Shown in pieces: positions 14,555 through 21,344 of a DNA stretch of 32,000 nucleotides. Positions within the stretch are counted from its first letter, which is position 1, and each line of letters starts with the position of its first letter. The notes beneath the pieces were generated by a model, which saw nothing but the letters and a program-made list of their open reading frames with translations, was not told the DNA's origin and did no database searches. The stretch comes from Nitrosarchaeum sp. (lineage in GTDB: Archaea; Thermoproteota; Nitrososphaeria; Nitrososphaerales; Nitrosopumilaceae). The stretch is from assembly GCA_023265135.1 (NCBI GenBank), contig JAHFUM010000001.1, positions 90,574 through 122,573 on the forward strand. The letters run 5' to 3'. The translations under genes were made by a program, and so were the position numbers.

Positions 14555-14925
14555 TTCAAATCATCGATCTTTATGTGAATTTATAACTTTACTAATTGAA
14601 ATTACTCGTGATTTTTACCAAAAGATAATTAATTAAATAACATTTTTACAAATAGTGCAGAAATTATGTATTAAAGATTCCTCAGGGAAAGGAGAGCATT
14701 GCTTCTGTATAGAAATAGATGTTCAAAGAGGAGTGAAGAAGTGTTGTAAATGTAATCTATGGAATATACAGGGCAAAGACTGGACAGAAGATTCAGACTT
14801 TAGATAAATTTCAGATTTTAACTCAACATCTCAGTTCGGAGGCTAAAATAAGAAATCAAGTATGAATATTAGAACATATTCACATTAATTCCCTTTGAAA
14901 CACTACTAATTGACGCCTAGCATGG

Positions 14926-14932
14926 TTTTTAT
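14926..14932 (+). promoter_or_regulatory. TATA-like box for rps13-rps4
   Basis: ATGGTTTTTAT lies about 27-33 nt upstream of the TTG start at 14959. The same 11-mer ATGGTTTTTAT recurs at the rpoN/tRNA-Leu promoter (21071-21081). Confidence 0.45.
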
Positions 14933-14958
14933 CGGGGTAACTAAGAATTTTTGAATAC

Positions 14959-15528
14959 TTGAGCACTCAAGAATTTAGACACATTGTTAGGATTGTGGGA
15001 AATGATATTCCAGGAGCCAAAAAGGCAATTGTGGGATTAACCCAGATAAAAGGAATAGGATATAGTTTTGCCACTGCAATTCTTGATACGCTAAAAATTA
15101 ACACCAATACAAATATTGGTTTTCTATCTGAATCTGATGTTCAATCAATTGAAAAATTAATTACCAATCCGGTTGCAGGAAATTTTCCAGTATGGTTTCT
15201 TAACAGAAGAAAAGATATAGAGACTGGAGTAAATAAGCATCTATTAACATCGGATATTCCTTTTACTTTAAGAAATGATATTGAAAGAGAAAGAATTACC
15301 AATAGTTGGAGAGGTTATCGTCACATGTATGGTCTAAAAGTTAGAGGTCAATGTACAAGAACTACAGGTAGAAAAGGAGGAGCAGTTGGTGTTGCAAAAG
15401 CTGGAAAAGCAGCCCCATCACAAGCAGCTGCAGCACCAGCGGCAGCAACAGCGACACCAACAGCTGCAGCACCGACAGCAAAACCTGCTGAAGTAAAGAA
15501 ATCAGCTCCTACGGAGAAAAAGAAATAG
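14959..15528 (+). CDS. rps13: 30S ribosomal protein uS13 with a C-terminal Ala/Pro/Thr/Lys-rich extension
   Basis: 189 aa with a TTG start. The N-terminus [21 protein letters not shown] and the segment [26 protein letters not shown] are typical of archaeal S13. A low-complexity tail of about 40 aa follows. Confidence 0.92.
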   Translation: MSTQEFRHIVRIVGNDIPGAKKAIVGLTQIKGIGYSFATAILDTLKINTNTNIGFLSESDVQSIEKLITNPVAGNFPVWFLNRRKDIETGVNKHLLTSDIPFTLRNDIERERITNSWRGYRHMYGLKVRGQCTRTTGRKGGAVGVAKAGKAAPSQAAAAPAAATATPTAAAPTAKPAEVKKSAPTEKKK

Positions 15529-15537
15529 GTGAATTGA

Positions 15538-16101
15538 ATGGGAGATCCTAAAAATCCAAGAAGAATGTGGAGAAAACCAAAGAGACCACTTAATTACGAA
15601 TTAAAAATGGATGAATTAAAAACTCTTGGCACATTTGGTTTAAAATCAAAAAGAGAATTATGGAAAGCACATACAGAATTATCTCGTGTCAGACATCAAG
15701 CAAGATCATTGCTTGCTTTGAGACAAGAAATTAGATTGGAAAAAGAACCAATTTTGATGAAATCATTATCAAGAATAGGTTTAGTCAGTAATGAATCCAC
15801 ATTAGATGATGTGTTAAATCTTCAAGTGAACGATTTACTTTCACGTAGATTACAAACTTTAGTGTCAAGAAAGTTTGGATTTAAAACTCCATATCAAGCA
15901 AGACAGGCAGTAATTCATGGACATGTAATGATAGGAGATAGAAAAGTAAACATTCCATCATACATTGTAACATTAGAAGAGGAAAAGAATATTCACTTTT
16001 CACCAGAATCCAATATTCCAAACATATTAGAAAGTAGTAAAAAAGCAGAGCCAAAACTTGAAACAACTACAGTTACAGAAACAACTGAAGTCGAATCTTA
16101 A
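15538..16101 (+). CDS. rps4: 30S ribosomal protein uS4
   Basis: 187 aa. It has the N-terminus GDPKNPRRMWRKPKRP and an S4 RNA-binding domain (RLQTLVSRKFGFKTPYQARQAVIHGHVMIGDRKVNIPSY). A Shine-Dalgarno AGGTGA lies 5 nt upstream of the start. Confidence 0.92.
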   Translation: MGDPKNPRRMWRKPKRPLNYELKMDELKTLGTFGLKSKRELWKAHTELSRVRHQARSLLALRQEIRLEKEPILMKSLSRIGLVSNESTLDDVLNLQVNDLLSRRLQTLVSRKFGFKTPYQARQAVIHGHVMIGDRKVNIPSYIVTLEEEKNIHFSPESNIPNILESSKKAEPKLETTTVTETTEVES

Positions 16102-16187
16102 AAAAACAGCGGACATGTTTGATAATTGAATAATTATAAGATAGATTTAACAGTAAATAATCCATCATAATATCAGGTGAATTAATC

Positions 16188-17948
16188 ATGTGTTCAATTA
16201 TTGGTTATTATGGAAATGAAATAGCAGCCCCAATAATAGTAAAAGGACTGAAGAGGATGGAGTATCGCGGATATGATAGTGTTGGAGTTGCAACAGAATC
16301 AAATAGTCAAATTGAACTAAAAAAAGGAGTTGGGAAAGTAGAAGAAGTAAACTCCAAGATTCAACTCGATGCATTACCTGGAAAAATTGGAATAGGCCAT
16401 ACACGATGGGCAACTCATGGAAGAGTGACGGATGTAAATGCACATCCTCATTCTAGTAATTCTGGAAAACTAGCAATAGTACATAATGGCATTATAGAGA
16501 ATTTTGAACAGTTAAAGAAAGAATTAGAAAAAGAAGGATATATTTTTCAAAGTGAAACAGACACGGAAGTAATAGCAAATCTTATTCAAAAAAATTATGA
16601 GGCTACAAAGAATGTCAAAGATACAATAATCAAGACAGTTTCAGAATTAAAGGGCCATTATGCATTTGTGGTAATGTTTGAAAATGGACAATTAGCAGCT
16701 GCTAGATTTCATGAACCATTAATTGTTGGAATTGGGAAAGATAGTTATTTTCTCTCAAGTGATGTTTTAGGATTTATTGAACAAACAGATAATGCTATTT
16801 ACATTGAAAATGGAAATTTTGTCATAGTTGACAAAGAAAAATTACAAATTTTAGATTTTAATGGAGAAAGTATAAAGCAGCAGATTACAAGAGTATCAAA
16901 AGAATTTGCAGATGCATACAAGGGTGACTATGCACATTTTACATTAAAAGAAATTTCAGAGCAACCTGATACAATATTTAAAGCAGGTGAGAAAACAAAA
17001 GAGGAAATTAAAAAGGCAGTAGATTACATTAAAAATTCAAATAACGTCTACATTACAGGAAGTGGAACTAGCTTCAATTCAGCATTAATTGCAAAACAAG
17101 TTTTTGCCAAATATGCTAAAGTAAAAGTAGATGCAATAATGTCAAGTGAATTGCAATTTTCTTCAGATTTGATTGAGCCGGATTCAACATTAATTGCAAT
17201 TTCACAGAGTGGTGAAAGTGCAGACGTGTTAGAGGCAGTAAATATTGCAAAAAAAGTAAATTGCAAAGTTATTTCCATAGTAAATTCACTTACATCATCT
17301 TTAGCAAGAATATCAAATATTGTAATTGGTATGAATTGTGGTCCAGAAATAGGTGTTGCAGCAACAAAAAGTTTTACATCTCAAGTGATCATAATATATA
17401 AAATCATAGAAGAGTTGTGTAACGGAAAACTAAAGATTGATTATAATGAAATATCAGAATCTATTTCAAAAATTCTTGAAAATCATGCACAAATTATGCG
17501 TATAGCTAAAGAAATTAAAGAAATTTCAGACATCTATGTTCTAGGTAGAGGAATTCATTATCCAATAGCTTTAGAATCGGCCTTAAAATTAAAAGAACTG
17601 ACATACATTCATGCAGAGGGAATACCGGGAGGGGAATTGAAACATGGTCCATTAGCACTTATGGATTCAAATGTATTTGTGATAATAATTAATCCAAATG
17701 ACTCAACATATTTGGACACATTAACAAGTTCGAGAGAAATTAAAGCGCGTGGTGCAAAGATCATCGGTATATCAGATGTGAAAAGTGATGTCTATGATTT
17801 TTGGATTGAAATTCCAAAAACTAGTGAATTGTCATATCCTATTTCAGAAACAATTCCAATACAATTGCTCTCATATTATGCTGCAATTGAAAAAGATGCT
17901 GACCCAGATTATCCAAGAAACTTGGCTAAATCAGTTACAGTGAAGTAA
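16188..17948 (+). CDS. glmS: Glutamine--fructose-6-phosphate aminotransferase (isomerising)
   Basis: 586 aa. It has the N-terminal nucleophile MCSIIGY (class II amidotransferase), the motif GIGHTRWATHG and two SIS domains. A Shine-Dalgarno AGGTGA lies 7 nt upstream of the start. Confidence 0.95.
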   Translation: MCSIIGYYGNEIAAPIIVKGLKRMEYRGYDSVGVATESNSQIELKKGVGKVEEVNSKIQLDALPGKIGIGHTRWATHGRVTDVNAHPHSSNSGKLAIVHNGIIENFEQLKKELEKEGYIFQSETDTEVIANLIQKNYEATKNVKDTIIKTVSELKGHYAFVVMFENGQLAAARFHEPLIVGIGKDSYFLSSDVLGFIEQTDNAIYIENGNFVIVDKEKLQILDFNGESIKQQITRVSKEFADAYKGDYAHFTLKEISEQPDTIFKAGEKTKEEIKKAVDYIKNSNNVYITGSGTSFNSALIAKQVFAKYAKVKVDAIMSSELQFSSDLIEPDSTLIAISQSGESADVLEAVNIAKKVNCKVISIVNSLTSSLARISNIVIGMNCGPEIGVAATKSFTSQVIIIYKIIEELCNGKLKIDYNEISESISKILENHAQIMRIAKEIKEISDIYVLGRGIHYPIALESALKLKELTYIHAEGIPGGELKHGPLALMDSNVFVIIINPNDSTYLDTLTSSREIKARGAKIIGISDVKSDVYDFWIEIPKTSELSYPISETIPIQLLSYYAAIEKDADPDYPRNLAKSVTVK

Positions 17949-19008
17949 AAAGTCGATGATATTCTTTTTCAGCTAGTGTTAAAAAATGGTTGGAGTCATT
18001 TCCTGTTTTTATCATAGATGCAATAATACTACCACCTGCACCAGCACCTTCTTTTACAAATCCCTGTGAGAATGCTTTTAGCCCTGAAAATTTAGAATTT
18101 TTAAGTCCTGGGTTAACAGTTATTCCAGGAATATCTGCAATTTCGGTAACTAGGGATTTAAAATTTGCATTGTTATCATCAGAGATATAAGAAGTAGTTC
18201 CAATAGCAGTATTTTGTTCATTAAATCCAATTTTTGATGCAAATGCTAAAACAGCTGCCATTTGTGTTCCACCTGCTAACATCACTTTAGTGATTTCAGA
18301 TGCAGAGCTTAGCATACCAGATACAAAAGCAATCATAGGATCTCCAACTTCAGATAGTACATGAAATGGGTCTTTAGAAGTTAATCTCTCTAATGCTAAA
18401 TTAACAATTTCATTTTTTAATTCAATTGGATTATTTGGAATGCTGGAACTCACTTTAGCTTTGAAACCTAATCCTAGTAAGACCGCAAGAGCAGTGGTTG
18501 TACCGCCTGGAATACTTTCTCCAATTATCAAACAATCAGTCATAAATGCAAGATTTCTTCCTACCATTCTTCCATAATCTACTGCCTGTGATACTTGAGA
18601 ATAGCTCATTGCAGATTCAATAGAGATATTTCGCCCATGGGACAAACCAGTTTGGATGAAAGGTAATTGTGGGGAAATTTTGCTTCCAGCATTAATTACA
18701 ATATGAGGTATACTACAAGATTCCAATGCAGTTTTTGTAAGTAATGCAGGAGTGGGTTTACCATCAGGAGTCATTGGAATTTGATCAATTGTCTTGCAAT
18801 AACCATAGTAAAGGTATTCAGCATCTGCCGGAGGAGTGAATTTTATTGAGTTTTTATCTGCCCCAGCAAATGTAATACCCGGAATTTCGCATGTTTCTGT
18901 ATAAGAAATTACAAGTGAAAATAAAGAATTTCCAGATTTAAGGGAATCAATGAAACCATGAACTTTGTTTGTGTTACCAAAGAATTCAAAATCATCCAAA
19001 TAGGTCAT
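17935..19008 (-). CDS. cobT: Archaeal-type CobT-like protein (UPF0284 / nicotinate-nucleotide--dimethylbenzimidazole phosphoribosyltransferase family)
   Basis: 357 aa. The motifs TETCEIPGITFAGA and IIGESIPGGTTTALAVL resemble the archaeal CobT/UPF0284 family, recalled from memory. It is convergent with glmS and overlaps it by 14 nt. Confidence 0.65.
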   Translation of the reverse strand: MTYLDDFEFFGNTNKVHGFIDSLKSGNSLFSLVISYTETCEIPGITFAGADKNSIKFTPPADAEYLYYGYCKTIDQIPMTPDGKPTPALLTKTALESCSIPHIVINAGSKISPQLPFIQTGLSHGRNISIESAMSYSQVSQAVDYGRMVGRNLAFMTDCLIIGESIPGGTTTALAVLLGLGFKAKVSSSIPNNPIELKNEIVNLALERLTSKDPFHVLSEVGDPMIAFVSGMLSSASEITKVMLAGGTQMAAVLAFASKIGFNEQNTAIGTTSYISDDNNANFKSLVTEIADIPGITVNPGLKNSKFSGLKAFSQGFVKEGAGAGGSIIASMIKTGNDSNHFLTLAEKEYHRLFTSL

Positions 19009-19616
19009 TGTCCCATCATATCAATAAACTCTTGTTCAGTTCTTTTTTTCATGATATGATTAGTTAGTTTTTCCTGCCCAATAGTAGATATAGGAGAATG
19101 TCCGTAGTTATGACCAGAATAAAGAACGAGATCATCGTTCAACGAATAAATAACATCAAAAATACTATGATACAATTCTTTTGCACTGCCTCCTGGTAGA
19201 TCAATTCGTCCGCAATTTCCTACAAAAAGAGTATCTCCAGAAAAAAAATTTCCATCTCCAATTAAACATATACTATCTTTAGAATGACCAGGAGTATGGA
19301 AAATAGTCAATTTGGAATTCCCAAATTCAATTACATCCCCATCTTTGACTGAAATATCATGTTTTAATTCAGATTTTTCGTGTTGAATGATTTTTGCACT
19401 AGTTGATTTTATCATTCCATCATTTCCTAAAGTGTGATCAAAATGATGATGCGTGTTGATTATGTATTTTATTTTTAAATTATTTCGTTTGATGATTTGT
19501 TCAATTTGATCAAGATCCCAAGACGGATCAATTATTATTCCTTCATCGGTGTCTTCATCTTCAACAACATATGTGAAATTCTGCATGTTGCCAACTTGGA
19601 TTTGGTGAACTTTCAT
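19005..19616 (-). CDS. MBL-fold metallo-hydrolase (glyoxalase II-like)
   Basis: 203 aa. It has the metal-binding motif THHHFDHTLGN, a later HTPGHS and a GDTLFVGNCGRIDLPGG segment. Confidence 0.85.
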   Translation of the reverse strand: MKVHQIQVGNMQNFTYVVEDEDTDEGIIIDPSWDLDQIEQIIKRNNLKIKYIINTHHHFDHTLGNDGMIKSTSAKIIQHEKSELKHDISVKDGDVIEFGNSKLTIFHTPGHSKDSICLIGDGNFFSGDTLFVGNCGRIDLPGGSAKELYHSIFDVIYSLNDDLVLYSGHNYGHSPISTIGQEKLTNHIMKKRTEQEFIDMMGQ

Positions 19617-20260
19617 AATACTCCCTTTTCTGCTTCTGGTGGAATTCCTATTTTTTCAACAAATATTTCACCACACAGATCTCTTCTTTTTGGCATTCCT
19701 CTCTTCATTTTATGAAATGTGACTGTCATATCACTTTGTACAAAGATATTTGCAGTTTCTCCATTATCGGGATTGATTCCGGACGGAATATCAACGGCGA
19801 TTTTAAAGCAATTTGAATCATTGATGTATTTTATTGCACTAGCATACGGTTCTCTTATTTCGCCAGAAATTCCAGTTCCTAGTATACCATCCACAATTAT
19901 GTTTGGAGTAAAATCAAGATTCACATCAACGCCAGATAGCAATTTAACAGATGGCATTTTTTCCAGTATTGACCAATTCCATTGACTTTCTTCAGTTTTA
20001 ATTTTATCAGGAGTCCCAAGTAAAATTACTATAACTTTAGAGCCATAACCTACAAGATGTCTAGCCATAACTAATCCATCTCCGCCATTATTTCCCAGTC
20101 CAGCAAACACTAAAACATTCTTTGATTCAAGATTACCAAATTTTTCTGCCAATCTTTTAACCGCTATGGCGCCTGCGTTTTCCATCATAAATTTTTTTAA
20201 AAAACCCATCCGATGTCCATTATTTTCTATTTGCATCATTTGTTCCACAGATATTTCCAT
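19613..20260 (-). CDS. nnrE: NAD(P)H-hydrate epimerase (stand-alone YjeF N-terminal domain)
   Basis: It has the motif FAGLGNNGGDGLVMARHL and the typical start MEISVEQMMQIE...FMMENAGAIAV. I moved the start to the ATG at 20260. The track ORF extends to a TTG at 20299 and adds a 13-aa hydrophobic extension that runs into the divergent promoter region. Confidence 0.8.
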   Translation of the reverse strand: MEISVEQMMQIENNGHRMGFLKKFMMENAGAIAVKRLAEKFGNLESKNVLVFAGLGNNGGDGLVMARHLVGYGSKVIVILLGTPDKIKTEESQWNWSILEKMPSVKLLSGVDVNLDFTPNIIVDGILGTGISGEIREPYASAIKYINDSNCFKIAVDIPSGINPDNGETANIFVQSDMTVTFHKMKRGMPKRRDLCGEIFVEKIGIPPEAEKGVL

Positions 20261-20332
20261 AGTTAAAAGAAATAAGAAGTAAAATAAGAGCTTTGGCAAA
20301 CGATTTATCCTGGGTTTTATGCATACACGAAT

Positions 20333-20953
20333 ATGACATTAAAAAATGTAAAGCCATCTTTGAATAAAATTGCAAAATCATTATCAGAAGTTCAAGATGC
20401 AAGAGAATTTTTACTAAAAAATACGAGAGAAATAATAATTCTTTGTAGTAAATCTATCATATCAGTACATGCAGAAGATATGAAATCTGCAAAAAATAAT
20501 TTGAAACAAGCAGATATGTTGCTAAAAAAATATAAGAAAAAAGTTACAGCTGATCTTCGAAGATATATGATTATTCCAGAACAGGAATTTGTTGAGGCAG
20601 CATCTCTAATTGCTATTGTTGAAAAAAAGGAAATTCCTTCAGAAAAGGAATTAGATGTAATGTCAGAGTCATACGTTTTAGGGTTAATGGATTGTGTGGG
20701 AGAATTAAAACGAATGATTTTTGATAAGATTAGGATTGGGGATATAGATAATGCTTTAAGAATTTTTGAAATAATGGAAAATTTGTATCTACATTTGTAT
20801 CCGTTTTCAATGTATGATAAAGTACTAAAAGAGGCTAGAAGAAAAATTGACGTAGATCGTATTTTAGTAGATGATGTAAGAGGTGCAATCACAGAAGAAA
20901 AAAGACGTTCTGAACTAATCAAAGCTTTAAACAAACTACAAAACAGAATCTGA
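20333..20953 (+). CDS. Translin-family protein (archaeal translin-like nucleic-acid binding protein)
   Basis: 206 aa and all-helical. The segment EQEFVEAASL...SYVLGLMDCVGELKRMIFDKIRIGDIDNALRIFEIMENLY fits the translin signature Y-x-x-G-L-x-D-x-x-GEL-x-R. Confidence 0.7.
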   Translation: MTLKNVKPSLNKIAKSLSEVQDAREFLLKNTREIIILCSKSIISVHAEDMKSAKNNLKQADMLLKKYKKKVTADLRRYMIIPEQEFVEAASLIAIVEKKEIPSEKELDVMSESYVLGLMDCVGELKRMIFDKIRIGDIDNALRIFEIMENLYLHLYPFSMYDKVLKEARRKIDVDRILVDDVRGAITEEKRRSELIKALNKLQNRI

Positions 20954-20970
20954 ATAAAATGAAATTAGAT

Positions 20971-21054
20971 GCGGGTGATGGGATTTGAACCCACGAACTC
21001 CTAAGAGACTAACCCCTCAAGCTAGCGCCTTTGACCGAGCTGGGCGACACCCGC
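20971..21054 (-). tRNA. tRNA-Leu (anticodon GAG), class II with long variable arm
   Basis: The reverse complement folds as a cloverleaf. The acceptor stem is GCGGGTG/CACCCGC and the D-stem has 3 bp. The anticodon stem CTAGC/GTTAG carries the loop TTGAGGG, giving anticodon GAG with G37. There is a variable arm of about 14 nt, and the T-arm is GTGGG-TTCAAAT-CCCAT. The next base, A73, is the Leu discriminator. CCA is not encoded. Confidence 0.9.
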
Positions 21055-21074
21055 AATTGAAATTTCTTGTATGG

Positions 21075-21084
21075 TTTTTATAAT
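21075..21084. promoter_or_regulatory. Single shared TATA element between divergent tRNA-Leu and rpoN
   Basis: TTTTTATAAT is the only TATA-like element in the 52-nt spacer. Its centre (about 21080) lies roughly 26 nt from both the tRNA 5' end (21054) and the rpoN ATG (21107). Confidence 0.5.
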
Positions 21085-21106
21085 CCTTGATTACTTTTTT
21101 GTTCGT

Positions 21107-21343
21107 ATGTTAATTCCTGTAAGATGTTTTACTTGTGGAAATTTAATTGCTGATAAGTTTGAAGATTATCAAAATAAAGTAAGATCTGGAGAAGATCCAG
21201 CTAAAGGACTAGACTCTTTGGGAGTAAGCAGATATTGTTGTAGAAGAATGCTATTAACTACTGTTGAAACAATTCAACAAGTTATTCCATTTTATGAAGC
21301 AATACAGAGAAGACACCAAGAAGTCCAATCTGAGTTAGAGTAG
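21107..21343 (+). CDS. rpoN: DNA-directed RNA polymerase subunit N (Rpo10)
   Basis: MLIPVRCFTCGN...SRYCCRRML is the canonical Rpo10 zinc-binding N-terminus plus CC motif. I moved the start from the track ATG at 21071 to the ATG at 21107. The upstream 12 codons cover the TATA box and are not part of known Rpo10 N-termini. Confidence 0.9.
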   Translation: MLIPVRCFTCGNLIADKFEDYQNKVRSGEDPAKGLDSLGVSRYCCRRMLLTTVETIQQVIPFYEAIQRRHQEVQSELE

Positions 21344-21344
21344 T

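Noticed and set aside
20392-20934. 180-aa ORF on the minus strand spanning almost the whole translin-like gene, which is strikingly long for an AT-rich genome.
   Set aside because: Its product is low-complexity Ser/Ile/Phe-rich sequence. That is the typical antisense shadow of a Lys/Glu/Asp-rich gene, because GAA/AAA/GAT codons read as TTC/TTT/ATC. The plus-strand product has a coherent translin-like signature and a plausible promoter, whereas the antisense ORF has neither.
20971-21054. tRNA-Leu as a possible integration site for a mobile element or genomic island.
   Set aside because: No integrase or recombinase gene is present. I found no duplicated copy of the tRNA 3' end in the window, and the flanking genes (translin-like, rpoN) are ordinary chromosomal genes.
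21071-21106. Longer rpoN ORF from the track, starting MVFIILDYFFVR.
   Set aside because: The extra 12 codons cover the shared TATA box and are not part of the conserved Rpo10 N-terminus (MLIPVRCFTCG). The ATG at 21107 sits about 26 nt from the TATA centre, as expected for a leaderless mRNA.
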